32,000 nucleotides of DNA from NCBI RefSeq assembly GCF_000020025.1, contig NC_010628.1:270001-302000 (forward strand). Reading direction: 5' to 3'. The stretch's first letter is position 1, and the number at the start of each line of letters is the position of its first letter. This stretch comes from Nostoc punctiforme PCC 73102 (GTDB taxonomy: Bacteria; Cyanobacteriota; Cyanobacteriia; Cyanobacteriales; Nostocaceae). The position numbers and the translations under genes are program-made. This document shows, one piece after another, positions 16,882 through 26,774 of the stretch. The notes beneath the pieces were generated by a model that was given only the letters and a program-made list of their open reading frames with translations, was not told the origin of the DNA and did no database searches.

Positions 16882-18345
16882 TTATTCGACTTCTATCAGA
16901 TCAGTTGGCTGCTTGATTGGGAATAAAAATCGCATTAGCTGGCCTAGTGGTATAGAGCGTTGCTCTTGAACAAAAACTAAGGGTACAAGTGCAACCATCC
17001 GTAGTAAGCCTGAGATAACAAATAGCCCCAGCAAACCCGCAGCACCAAGGAGAGTTGCTAGAAAGCCACCAGCAGTAATACCCATTGCTCCAGTGATACC
17101 AGCAATTGCACCTGCGATCGCAAAATAACTGGACTGATAACGTAGCGGTGCTATTCCCATCATCAAATTGTTAGTACACAAATCAATTGCCGCCCACGTC
17201 CCGCCAGCTAGTATGTGCAACAAGGGTAGCCAGATCCAAAAAGAAATGCGATCGCTTCCAACAAAAAGCCACAGCAGAGGTGTCACCGCCACTAAGACTC
17301 CCACTAATAATAGTAGCGGGCGATTTCCAATCCGGTCAGCCAGTTTACCCCACAAAAGCAGCATTAGCATATTTGCACCAGTTCCTAAGCCGTGATAAAT
17401 CGTTACCACACTAATATCTATATCCAGGTTATCCAGCATATAGAGGTTAAAGAAGGGAGCGCTGATGTTAACAGCAAAACACCAGATGCTCAGGTAAAGC
17501 ACAAACTTCAAAAAATTAGCTTCCTTAAAGATGCTAAAATCTATTCCTTGGGCCTGTGGGTGTGATGTGTCTGAATCCCCAACTTTTAAAAGTTGCGGGT
17601 TTATATCAGTCATCCAGAACTGACAGCCGACACTGATTACCCCTAGCACGATCCCTAGAACCAAGACTGTACCATAACCTTGAAGGGTTCCACTAGGCCA
17701 AGCCGATACCGCTAAACCTAGCAGAGGCACACCGACAAGGTTAGTCAAGCCGAGAATACTATTGCGAAAGCCAAAATATCTCCCCCGCAATCGCTGAGGT
17801 ACTAATACAGCTGACCACCCAAGCCAAGGCGCACGACCAAAAGCTTCGATGATATTAGCTACTAAGAGTATTGCCAATGTCAACTGTACTACTTGGTATC
17901 CAGTAATACGAGATGAAGTAACCAACCAAATCGCTGGCAGAAGAATCAACCATAGCAACCGCGACGGGACGAAAATACACATGAAATACCAACGGAAACT
18001 GGTACTTCGGCTTACCAAATACGCTCCCAGTGGTTGGAGCAGATTCACCATCTGAGGGATAGCGGCGAGTAGACCAATTTCGACTGGACCAGCGCCTAAC
18101 TCTAGCAAGAAATTACTGAGCAACGCGCCGCCGATGATACTATAAAGAACCGCAGCAAAGACACTTTCATAAGTTAGTGCCCTGAGACTTTGGCGAATTT
18201 CTGGCTTAGAAATTTTTAGAAACAGTTTTGGAGTTGGGAAAAGTACCGTCTCTGTTAATGTCCTATCCTCTGAGATTTCTTGAATGGGAACAGGAGGAAG
18301 AGAACTAGCTTCTACTGAAATATCATCTTCTTGGGGCTGAACCAT
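16882..18345 (-). CDS. MFS transporter
   Basis: 487 aa with about 12 hydrophobic helices after a polar 50-aa N-terminus. It has an MFS motif-A-like GKLADRIGNRP. Confidence 0.8.
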   Translation of the reverse strand: MVQPQEDDISVEASSLPPVPIQEISEDRTLTETVLFPTPKLFLKISKPEIRQSLRALTYESVFAAVLYSIIGGALLSNFLLELGAGPVEIGLLAAIPQMVNLLQPLGAYLVSRSTSFRWYFMCIFVPSRLLWLILLPAIWLVTSSRITGYQVVQLTLAILLVANIIEAFGRAPWLGWSAVLVPQRLRGRYFGFRNSILGLTNLVGVPLLGLAVSAWPSGTLQGYGTVLVLGIVLGVISVGCQFWMTDINPQLLKVGDSDTSHPQAQGIDFSIFKEANFLKFVLYLSIWCFAVNISAPFFNLYMLDNLDIDISVVTIYHGLGTGANMLMLLLWGKLADRIGNRPLLLLVGVLVAVTPLLWLFVGSDRISFWIWLPLLHILAGGTWAAIDLCTNNLMMGIAPLRYQSSYFAIAGAIAGITGAMGITAGGFLATLLGAAGLLGLFVISGLLRMVALVPLVFVQEQRSIPLGQLMRFLFPIKQPTDLIEVE

Positions 18346-18420
18346 ATTATCTAATTAATATTTAAAGAGTCAAATTGTTATAGCTACTATAGAAATCCAC
18401 TTTGATTTCTATAGTAGGTA

Positions 18421-18650
18421 GGGAGGCAATAGGCAATAGGAAAATTAGTTGAGGAACGTAGCTTTTTTCCCGTTCGCGTAGCGTCTCCAAAGGAGAAGGG
18501 GAACTTTTGTTGGTTTGCGCTTTGCTTAACCCAACCCAATACTTCTCGCTTTGTGCATTTTTAATTCGGAATCGGGTTTGGGGTAAAGGTTTTTTCTTTT
18601 CCCTTTACCCTTTTCCCCTTAACCGAGAAGTATTGTAACCCAACCTATAA
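18421..18650. repeat. Cluster of Nostoc-type repeats (AGGCAAT heptamers, palindromic MITE-like units)
   Basis: aggcaat occurs twice at 18424-18437. The hairpin gggtaaagg (18581-18589) pairs with cctttaccc (18602-18610). The inverted pair acttctcg/cgagaagt is flanked by direct aacccaacc copies. Confidence 0.55.
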
Positions 18651-19217
18651 TTTTTCTTAACTGAACTTTATTTAACTATAGACTGGTTTACAAAGAAGCT
18701 AGCATATAATAATTACGCTTATATTTCTAATCAAATAAGCCAATTAATTGACATAAACTTAGTTATTATATCCAGACTTTGCTACAAGCTTTCATATAAT
18801 AAATATTAGCAAATAATTAAGGTTTTTAAAATAAAATAATAGACATTTTTCAAAATCATTCTTGAGAATTAATACCTCTCTACAGAAAGATCGCAATTTA
18901 GCCAATACTAGTATACATAGACATAAATAATACAGATTTTATCTGACCAATAGTTAGGATTGGTATTCAAATTGAAGTGATTTTAGTAGGTTTTTTATAT
19001 GATGTAGGGAGAGACTTATTAAAATAAAGTATTTGTCTATTGAACCGGCTAATCCCAGAGATGCTGAATAACTAATCTAAGACTAATTGCATAAGTCTTG
19101 AGTAAATTATTTTACTCTAAATTTCTATCGTAAGGTATCATTGCTCATCCTACGAAATGTGTCACGATGGGCTATGCCACGCCAGAGGCGATCGCAACAT
19201 GAGTCAAAAAGTTTGTT

Positions 19218-20993
19218 ATGGCACAGACGACAATTAACGATATATCGGTAGACAGCTCCTTAGTTGATCCTGAAAAAGACCTGCTAGGACATGCGAACTT
19301 TGCCAAGTATCTAGCAGACAGCATTTGTAAAATGACCTTTCCTGAAGGTTTTGTTATTGCAGTTTACGGTTCTTGGAACTCTGGCAAATCTACACTGTTA
19401 AACTTTGTAGTTCACTATCTTCAGCAAAAGCCAGACGAAGAGCAACCAATCATCGTTCCTTTTAATCCCTGGTTATTGTCTGGACACCAAAATATCACAA
19501 GACGCTTTTTCGAGCAATTACAAAACGTTTTGAGCCAACAGTCATCTGTGCCAAAAGGTTTGAAAGAGAGACTAGCTGATTTTGCCGCCATTATTTCAGA
19601 CATTCCTCTACCTTATGCTCAAACTGGTAAGGCATTAGCAGCATTATTGGATGAAAAGGACAAGGAAGCTGCCCAATTAAAAGAAGAAGTAGAAGACACG
19701 TTAGTACAGCAGCAACGGCGAATAGTTGTAACAATTGACGATATTGATCGGTTGCCTGCTGAAGATATCAAGCAGTTATTTCGTATTTTCAAAGCAATGC
19801 GGAATTTTACTAATGTTGTCTATCTTCTGGTCTTTGATAAACAAGTTGTAATGAAAACAATTGCAGACCCAAAAGAAATATCAGGAGAAGAATACTTAGA
19901 AAAAATTATTCAAGTTAGTTTTGAGTTACCTGTTCCTGACAAAATATCACTTCGCAGGCTTCTTTTTGAAAAACTTGATAATATATTTACTGAAAGTCCA
20001 AAACCAGAAATCAACCAAACTCGTTGGGGTGAAATTTACTTTCAGGGAATAGATCGCTTTATTAATAGTGTCCGTGATATCACTCGTTTTGTTAACACTT
20101 TAACAGTGACATATCCAGCAGTAAAAGATGAAGTAAACCCTGTTGATTTCATTGCTATTGAGTCTTTACGAGTCTTTAGTCCAAATATATATAGCATAAT
20201 TCATCAAAATCCTCATATTTTGGTAGGAGAGGTAAACCCTTCAATAGAAGAACTAAATAGTCTTCTGAATACTTGGATTGCCCAACTACCAGTTGAGGAC
20301 AAGCAGCCTGTTAAAAATCTGCTTATGCACCTTTTTCCGAAGTTGAAATCCGTTTTTTATAATACCTGTCTACATAAAAAACAAGAGTTAGAATGGCGCA
20401 AACAACTGCGTGTGTGTAGTTTAGAAATATTTCCTATTTACTTTCGCCTATCATTATCAGCAGTTGAATCATCTAATAGTCAGATAAAAACTATCCTTGG
20501 TTTGGTTGCAGATGTAGACAAATTTAGAACCCATTTGATAGAACTTGCTAAACAAAAACTTCCAAACGGCACAACGCAAGCTAGGGTGTTTCTAGAACAG
20601 CTAGAAAATTGTACGGAAGAAGAAATTCCTGTAAATTACATCCCTTTAATTGTGGAAACTTTGTTTGATGTAAGTGAGCAATTATTATCTCAAGATTATA
20701 AAGCTAAAGGCATTCTTGATTTTGGCAATGAAGTTATCATTAGTCGTTGTATCTCACAACTATTGTGTCAAATTGATGAAATATCACGATTTGAATTGCT
20801 AAAAAAAATAATCCTCCAAGGGAAAGCATTACCAATAATTAATCATGAGATTGCAATACTAAAAGAGCAACAAAGTCAATATGATGCAGAGAAATCTAAC
20901 TATGAAGAAGGATTGCTTGTGAACGCACAGCACCTCAAAGAACTAGAAGAGATAACTACCAGGATACAGGTAAAAAGTGATACCATCTGTTAA
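19218..20993 (+). CDS. KAP-family P-loop NTPase (soluble type)
   Basis: 591 aa. Walker A is YGSWNSGKST and Walker B is RIVVTIDDIDRL, about 120 residues apart, followed by a long helical C-terminal region, which is the KAP architecture. No TM insert is seen. Confidence 0.8.
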   Translation: MAQTTINDISVDSSLVDPEKDLLGHANFAKYLADSICKMTFPEGFVIAVYGSWNSGKSTLLNFVVHYLQQKPDEEQPIIVPFNPWLLSGHQNITRRFFEQLQNVLSQQSSVPKGLKERLADFAAIISDIPLPYAQTGKALAALLDEKDKEAAQLKEEVEDTLVQQQRRIVVTIDDIDRLPAEDIKQLFRIFKAMRNFTNVVYLLVFDKQVVMKTIADPKEISGEEYLEKIIQVSFELPVPDKISLRRLLFEKLDNIFTESPKPEINQTRWGEIYFQGIDRFINSVRDITRFVNTLTVTYPAVKDEVNPVDFIAIESLRVFSPNIYSIIHQNPHILVGEVNPSIEELNSLLNTWIAQLPVEDKQPVKNLLMHLFPKLKSVFYNTCLHKKQELEWRKQLRVCSLEIFPIYFRLSLSAVESSNSQIKTILGLVADVDKFRTHLIELAKQKLPNGTTQARVFLEQLENCTEEEIPVNYIPLIVETLFDVSEQLLSQDYKAKGILDFGNEVIISRCISQLLCQIDEISRFELLKKIILQGKALPIINHEIAILKEQQSQYDAEKSNYEEGLLVNAQHLKELEEITTRIQVKSDTIC

Positions 20994-21124
20994 AAACAAA
21001 TTTACTTCTTGGTGATAAAAACACTACTACTAGATATATAAACATTCTATAACCCACGAAAGATTTAGATATCTTCGGTACTTCCTAATATCAGGGAATA
21101 TACTTTACTCTCCACATTGCAATC

Positions 21125-22816
21125 ATGGAATCGTATGACGTTGTAATTATTGGCGCTGGTCATAATGGTTTAGTTTGTGCAGGCTACCTACTAAAAGCTG
21201 GTTACAGCGTCCTGTTATTGGAAGGGCGATCGCTACCCGGTGGCGGTTCTACAACTGAAGAACTTATGCCTAATGAAGCACCTGGTTTTAAATTTAGTCC
21301 TTGTGCGATTAACCATCTGTTTATTTTCTTAGGGCCAGTCATTCAGGAATTGGAACTCCATAAGTACGGCTTGGAATATCTTAGCTGCGATCCAGTTGCC
21401 TTTTGCCCCCATCCTGATGGCAAGAATTTCTTAGCTCATAAGTCGGTGGAAAAGACTTGTGCGGAAATTGCCCGTTACAGTCAGCGCGATGCAGAAAAAT
21501 ACGCTGAGTATGCCGATTTTTGGCAGCGTTTTATCACAGGGATTACTCCCTTCTTCAATGCACCACCCAAATCAATTGTTGATATTGCAGGCAATTACAA
21601 TCTCAATAGTCTGCAAGACTTATTTTCCCTTCTAGGTGGCTCTAACACAACCCTTGATTTACTGCGTACTTTACTCAGCAGTGCTACAGATAATATTAAC
21701 GAGTACTTCGATTCTGAGTTTGTCAAAGCACCTCTGGCTAGACTCTCAGCCGAACTGAGTTCCCCTCCCTCACAAAAAGCTATGTCCTTTGGGGCGATGA
21801 TGATGATGTTGCGTCATAATCCCGGTATGGCAAGACCGCGTGGCGGTAGTGGCGGACTTGTGGAAGCTTTGGTGAAAATGGTAAAAGCTGAAGGTGGTAC
21901 GATCCTCACCGACCAAAAGGTAGAAAAAGTTTTAGTAGATGGTGGTAAAGCTGTTGGTGTGCGAGTTGCTGGTGGTAAAGAATATCGTGCCAACAAAGGT
22001 GTAATCTCAAGTATTGATGCCAAGCGCTTATTCTTGCAATTAATGGATAGTAGTGATGTGGATGAGAATTTGCGCGAAAGATTAGACCGCCGCATCATCA
22101 ACAACAATGAAACTATCCTTAAAATTGATTGTGCCTTATCTGAACCCTTGCGCTTTGTCCACCACAATCATCAAGATAACTATCTGATGGGTTCTATTCT
22201 GATTGCTGATTCCGTCAATCATGTGGAACAAGCCCATAGTCTGATTACTCTGGGCAAAATTCCTGATGAAGACCCATCAATGTATGTGGTGATGCCTACC
22301 GGACTCGACCCATCAATGGCACCAGAAGGCAAACACACACTATGGATAGAGTTTTTTGCTCCTTATCAAATTGCTGGTGGAGAGGGTACAGGTTTAAAAG
22401 GTACGGGTTGGACGGATGAACTGAAAAACAAAGTTGCAGACAAGGTGATTAATAAACTGGCGCAATATTCGCCCAATCTGCAACATTCAATCATCGCCCG
22501 TCATGTAGAAAGTCCGGCTGAGTTGGGAGAACGGCTAGGGACTTACAAAGGTAATTATTACCATATCGATATGACTTTAGAACAAATGCTTTGCTTCCGT
22601 CCGTTGCCGGAATTAGCTAACTATAAAACACCAATTGATAACTTGTATCTTACTGGTGCTGGAACTCATCCGGGTGGTTCAATTTCCGGTTTACCAGGAC
22701 GCAACTGTGCGCGTGTATTTTTACATAATGAGCAACCTATAGCCCAGAAAATCAAGGAAGCAGGAGGTTCAATCAAATCTGCTTTTACATCTGTCTTGAG
22801 GAGTGAATCAGACTAA
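21125..22816 (+). CDS. crtO: CrtI-family FAD oxidoreductase, most likely CrtO-type beta-carotene ketolase
   Basis: 563 aa. Motifs YDVVIIGAGHNGLVCAGYLL, PLARLSAELSSPPSQK, ILKIDCALS, LWIEFFAPYQIAG.EGTGL.GTGWTDELK and LYLTGAGTHPGGSISGLPGRNCARVFL. Over its length it resembles my memory of Synechocystis CrtO (Slr0088). Confidence 0.7.
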   Translation: MESYDVVIIGAGHNGLVCAGYLLKAGYSVLLLEGRSLPGGGSTTEELMPNEAPGFKFSPCAINHLFIFLGPVIQELELHKYGLEYLSCDPVAFCPHPDGKNFLAHKSVEKTCAEIARYSQRDAEKYAEYADFWQRFITGITPFFNAPPKSIVDIAGNYNLNSLQDLFSLLGGSNTTLDLLRTLLSSATDNINEYFDSEFVKAPLARLSAELSSPPSQKAMSFGAMMMMLRHNPGMARPRGGSGGLVEALVKMVKAEGGTILTDQKVEKVLVDGGKAVGVRVAGGKEYRANKGVISSIDAKRLFLQLMDSSDVDENLRERLDRRIINNNETILKIDCALSEPLRFVHHNHQDNYLMGSILIADSVNHVEQAHSLITLGKIPDEDPSMYVVMPTGLDPSMAPEGKHTLWIEFFAPYQIAGGEGTGLKGTGWTDELKNKVADKVINKLAQYSPNLQHSIIARHVESPAELGERLGTYKGNYYHIDMTLEQMLCFRPLPELANYKTPIDNLYLTGAGTHPGGSISGLPGRNCARVFLHNEQPIAQKIKEAGGSIKSAFTSVLRSESD

Positions 22817-23070
22817 GAGGCTGTTTGTAAAAAAAGTAAATAGCATTGGGGAGATTGCTTCATTTAAAAGTTTAGTTTGAAGGCTATCGATGATATTTTC
22901 TGAGCTTTTTGGGGCAAGCTCCTGACGCTTTTTAGTCGATGCTATCAAAAATATAGATGATGCTTACAGATACTTCCTGTGACACTTTTAGATTCCCCAA
23001 TAGACAGAGAACTACAACCGTAATAGTAACTAAGATATGGGTGTATTAGAGTTATTAAGGAATATTTGCA

Positions 23071-23277
23071 ATGGCAACTGAAACTAACAAAGTGGTTAAA
23101 TTATCTACTGAAGCTAAAGCCTATAACGGTGTCGATCGCAATGCTTGGATTTTTGGCTGGAATCCCCAACAAGAATTGTGGAATGGTCGTTTAGCGATGA
23201 TTGGCTTTGTTTCTTACCTACTTTGGGATTTGGCTGGCTATAGTTTATTACGTGACGTACTTCACTTGTTTCGCTAA
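23071..23277 (+). CDS. High-light-inducible protein (Hlip/Scp, one-helix CAB family)
   Basis: 68 aa with the chlorophyll-binding motif ELWNGRLAMIGF and a single TM helix. Confidence 0.85.
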   Translation: MATETNKVVKLSTEAKAYNGVDRNAWIFGWNPQQELWNGRLAMIGFVSYLLWDLAGYSLLRDVLHLFR

Positions 23278-23494
23278 ATCTTCACTTATATTTATCCCTC
23301 CTTGGGGAAATCAATTTAATAAACAACTTAGTAGCGTTTTAATACTTAATCTACTCGTCAAGTGAGGCGAATACTAGGGTTATAAATGGACGTACTAATA
23401 CAATTGTGAAAGAGGGAAATATGATAACTAAAGATACTATACGTGCTTAGGAGTATTTGCTAATTCTCAACAGATAGAGCAGGCAATTAATGAA

Positions 23495-23989
23495 TTGAAA
23501 ACTGCAAACTTTCCTATGGAAAAAGTTTCTGTCATTGCTAAAGATGTAGAGCAAGGCGAAAACTTAGGCGAAACCCAAGTAATAGATCGCATTGGTAATC
23601 AAGATGTCAATACAACCGGAGCCGTAGGAGACACGCTGACAGCAACTACTTGGGGTAGCGCGTTACTTGGGTTGAGTAGTTTGGCACTTCCCGGTTTAGG
23701 AGCCGTACTCGCAGCAGGTTCCGTGGGTGTAGCATTAGTCAGTAGCGTTGCAGGTGTTGCTGTGGGAGCCGCAGCAAATCAGAATTTACTGAAGGCACTA
23801 GGTGATTTAGGCATACCTGAAGAGAGAGCGAGGGTTTATAGCGATCGCCTCCAGCAGAGTTATTATTTGCTCATCCTAGAAGGCTCAGAAGAAGAAATTC
23901 ATCGCGTCGAGCCGAAATTACGCGATCGCGGTATTGAATATTGGGGCGTGTATGATTCCGCGAATACTCAAAACGGTGGAGTGCATTAG
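23495..23989 (+). CDS. YflT-type general stress protein with Gly-zipper membrane segment; N-terminus appears disrupted by a frameshift
   Basis: The ORF starts at a TTG in the track. It has a central glycine-zipper stretch (LGLSSLALPGLGAVLAAGSVGVALV) and a C-terminal module typical of this cyanobacterial family (GIPEERARVYSDRL..YYLLILEGSEEEI..RGIEYWGVYD). The missing N-terminal strand lies in another frame starting at the ATG at 23421. Confidence 0.6.
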   Translation: MKTANFPMEKVSVIAKDVEQGENLGETQVIDRIGNQDVNTTGAVGDTLTATTWGSALLGLSSLALPGLGAVLAAGSVGVALVSSVAGVAVGAAANQNLLKALGDLGIPEERARVYSDRLQQSYYLLILEGSEEEIHRVEPKLRDRGIEYWGVYDSANTQNGGVH

Positions 23990-24285
23990 TGTTTTGTTAA
24001 AATCAAAACTTGATCGAGAATTTGCACATAAATTTCGTTCAGAGAATGCCCAGGCAATTCAAGGGAAAGTATTGAAGGTAGCCATAAGTTTTTGGTTTGA
24101 ACAGCAGCAGTTACCAAAAGTAGTTTCCCAAAGAAATACTTGAATTGCCAAGTTGTAATGATGTGGATGAAGATAACGTTTAATTTCATCTACTGATTTC
24201 TACCTTTTTTGCTAATCCTAAAGCTAGATGTACTTTCTAGAATTAGAAGCGAAATTGTAATTAATAATCAAAGAAGATAAGAGCC

Positions 24286-24462
24286 ATGAATACTGATAAA
24301 ATAACCGATTCTAACAATACCGAACGGACGACACTTGAAGGTGGAAGTAAAGAAGCTCTCAATCAAAAGACCTCTGTGCAATTTATACTTAGCACAAGTT
24401 TGGGAGTGTTAACAATTATCTTAGTTGCTGCAAGTGCTTATTACGGACTTATTCGATTTTAA
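24286..24462 (+). CDS. Possible 58-aa tail-anchored membrane peptide
   Basis: ATG ORF below the track cutoff: MNTDKITDSNNTERTTLEGGSKEALNQKTSVQFILSTSLGVLTIILVAASAYYGLIRF. It has a polar N-terminus and one C-terminal TM helix. No family recognised. Confidence 0.3.
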   Translation: MNTDKITDSNNTERTTLEGGSKEALNQKTSVQFILSTSLGVLTIILVAASAYYGLIRF

Positions 24463-25230
24463 TCCTATTTACTGAAGCAAAGATTTTTGTTTTTTGATAA
24501 CATTGAAAAATTTCAAACATAACACGCTCATCAGTAAAATGTATGGTAGTGCTTTTAGTTTATCAAAAGCCCTGATTGGGTTTAGGTGAAAGCATTGCCA
24601 TATTTTTCTAAGCCTTGAACAACTGTGTAGATATCATCCGCAATCGTCACAACTTACAAAAAAACTACCACTAATTATAGATTGGCTGAAAGCATGAGAA
24701 TAAGATATTGCTCTTTTTCAAATATTTGTACTCTAGGATACAAGATTATTTAATACCATGCCCTTTCTTTAGGTAGACGACTGTACGAATTATGAAAGTT
24801 AAATTAGTTTAGTGACTAACTGTTTTACACTCTAAAAGCTCCTTAAGCTCCTCAAATATTTTTTGGGGAGCTTCATTAAGAATAAAAATATGTCTATTTA
24901 GGATTTTTTATACAAAGTTATAATGGTTTCTCTAAAACAGCAAAAAAGGTATTAATTTTGAAACTTGAACTACTAAAATTTTCCCTCTCCATCCCTTATA
25001 CTTCAGTTTTATTTATGGTCTGCGGAGCATTCTAAAAGAACTTTCCCAGAGCTTCAGTTGAGTATCAATGGAGAATTTACCAATTTGCTCTTGCAATTCT
25101 AAAGAGCGGCTAACTGTTCTTGTAATTGCAATGTCAAATAGCCAGCAGCTACGTCACTGGTACAGTTATGCGAGTTAACAGCGCTCATCATACATGAGTA
25201 GAGCATTGGGCATTGAATGAGGAATTAAAA

Positions 25231-25268
25231 TCCCAGTCCCCAGTCCCTAGCCTCCAGTACCCAATACC
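25231..25268. repeat. STRR1-like heptamer repeat (CCCCAGT-type, degenerate)
   Basis: tcccagt ccccagt ccctagc ctccagt acccaat acc, lying immediately upstream of the SDR start. Confidence 0.65.
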
Positions 25269-25286
25269 TTTTAAGGAGTAACACTT

Positions 25287-26288
25287 ATGCAATTAAAGCC
25301 AATCAATCAGCAGGTCGTTTCGGTCGTTGGAGCCTCCAGCGGTATCGGACGGATTACAGCTCTTGAGTTTGCTAGACGCGGAGCAAAAGTGGTAGTCTCG
25401 GCTCGCAGTGAGTCGAAGCTCAAGTCTTTAGTGGAAGAAATTCGCGGCTTTGGCGGCAAGGCAACTTTTTGTGTCGCTGATGTGGAAGTATTTGAGCAAG
25501 TTAAGGCGATCGCAGATAAAACCGTGGAGATATACGGACGGCTTGATACGTGGGTTCATGTTGCCGCGATCGGTATCTTTGCGACATTTGATAAGACAAC
25601 ACCAGAAGAGTTTAAGCATGTTATTGATGTCAACTTGATGGGGCAAGTACATGGTGCGATGGCGGCGTTACCCCATCTCAAACGTGAAGGACGCGGCGCA
25701 CTGATTCACGTCTCTTCAATGGAAGGTAGGCGATCGCTTCCATATCAAAGTGCTTACTCTTCAGCCAAACATGGCATCGAGGGCTTTCTCGAAGCTATGC
25801 GTCTCGAATTGATACATGAAAAATGGCCTATTAGTGTCACAAGTGTTAAGCCAGCCGTGATCAACACTCCGTTCTGGAATAATGGCTTAACAAAATTAGG
25901 GGTGAAACCATCAGGAATACCACCTTACTATGACCCAAGAATTGTGTCCGATGCCATCCTTTATGCAGCTGAACACCCAATTCGTGACCTTTTGGTTGGG
26001 GATATAGCTAAATTACTAGATTTAGCCCAGAAAATATCTCCTTCGTTGGTAGATTCGTTGTTATTACTTCTTGGCTTTAATTCACAACATAGTGATGAAC
26101 CGAAATCTGAAGATGCACCTAATAATTTTTACCAATCTGTTCCAGAAGATAACAGAATTGATGGAGATTATAAAAACCTAGTCATACCCAGCATTTCTGA
26201 TTTATTGGGTAAATTACCCCTATTTCAGTGGGGGCTAGCAGCTTTGTTGACGGTACTAGCGGCACAAGAATTCAAACAGAACAAGTAA
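25287..26288 (+). CDS. Short-chain dehydrogenase/reductase (SDR) with C-terminal membrane anchor
   Basis: 333 aa. Motifs VVGASSGIGR and YSSAKHGIEGF (YxxxK), plus a terminal hydrophobic helix LFQWGLAALLTVLAAQ. Confidence 0.85.
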   Translation: MQLKPINQQVVSVVGASSGIGRITALEFARRGAKVVVSARSESKLKSLVEEIRGFGGKATFCVADVEVFEQVKAIADKTVEIYGRLDTWVHVAAIGIFATFDKTTPEEFKHVIDVNLMGQVHGAMAALPHLKREGRGALIHVSSMEGRRSLPYQSAYSSAKHGIEGFLEAMRLELIHEKWPISVTSVKPAVINTPFWNNGLTKLGVKPSGIPPYYDPRIVSDAILYAAEHPIRDLLVGDIAKLLDLAQKISPSLVDSLLLLLGFNSQHSDEPKSEDAPNNFYQSVPEDNRIDGDYKNLVIPSISDLLGKLPLFQWGLAALLTVLAAQEFKQNK

Positions 26289-26587
26289 GGTTATAGAACA
26301 TAGCTAAACATTAATATCAACGCTTAATCCTACCTTTTGATAGAGCCAGAACTTGAAATTATACGGTTGCATAGAAAGTATGACATATAGCTAAATGATT
26401 GTCTCAAATAGAGCAGTCTGGTGGCTAAATGTATTGGAAATCATGAGGCTATATTTAGCAGTTCTTATTCTCATAGTTTCTAGGCTGTTTTCCTTGCCAG
26501 AGTGTATTACACCCAAGCAAAAAGCGCCATATCTCGAAAAATGCAACAAAAAATTGTTGCCGTATTAAAGTATGTTTGGAGTATTGT

Positions 26588-26743
26588 ATGCAGAACCAAA
26601 ACAAAGAACAAGAAAAATCATATTTTCTTCGGTATCTTTCTCTAGGACCAGTTCTTGCTGTTCTTTCGATATCTGTTGCCTTTTCTACCTGGGCGATTTT
26701 TAATTACTTTTTCCCTGACCTTCTCTTCCATCCTATGCCATAA
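26588..26743 (+). CDS. psaJ: Divergent photosystem I subunit IX (PsaJ) paralogue, 51 aa
   Basis: Not in the ORF track because it is under 60 aa. The ATG at 26588 has GGAG 6 nt upstream. Translation: MQNQNKEQEKSYFLRYLSLGPVLAVLSISVAFSTWAIFNYFFPDLLFHPMP. It matches the canonical PsaJ pattern (..YLSTAPV.., FNRFFPDLLFHP.P) and is followed by a hairpin. Confidence 0.65.
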   Translation: MQNQNKEQEKSYFLRYLSLGPVLAVLSISVAFSTWAIFNYFFPDLLFHPMP

Positions 26744-26750
26744 GTAAGCC

Positions 26751-26774
26751 AGCCATAGGTTTTAACCTATGGCT
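26751..26774 (+). terminator. Hairpin after the psaJ-like ORF
   Basis: agccatagg (26751-26759) pairs with cctatggct (26766-26774) across a 6-nt loop. There is no clear U-tract. Confidence 0.4.

Noticed and set aside
19094-19105. Exact 12-nt match agtcttgagtaa shared with 30616-30627, considered as a possible common regulatory motif.
   Set aside because: In 32 kb of two-stranded AT-rich sequence, many 12-mer coincidences are expected by chance. There is no extended similarity around the match.
22960-23070. Search for an HLR1-type high-light regulatory element upstream of the Hlip gene.
   Set aside because: I could not find the paired TTACA-type direct repeat at the expected spacing, so I make no regulatory site call.
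23934-24189. Two overlapping ORFs of opposite strands (23934..24143 plus, 23986..24189 minus) after the stress protein gene.
   Set aside because: They are mutually exclusive and have no motifs or SD. One overlaps the end of the upstream gene. I treat both as non-coding.
25231-25268. Short tandem repeats (also at 1652-1679, 10237-10288 and 18424-18437) considered as possible CRISPR or minisatellite arrays.
   Set aside because: The units are 7 nt with no spacers. They match the known STRR heptamer class of heterocystous cyanobacteria and are not CRISPR repeats.
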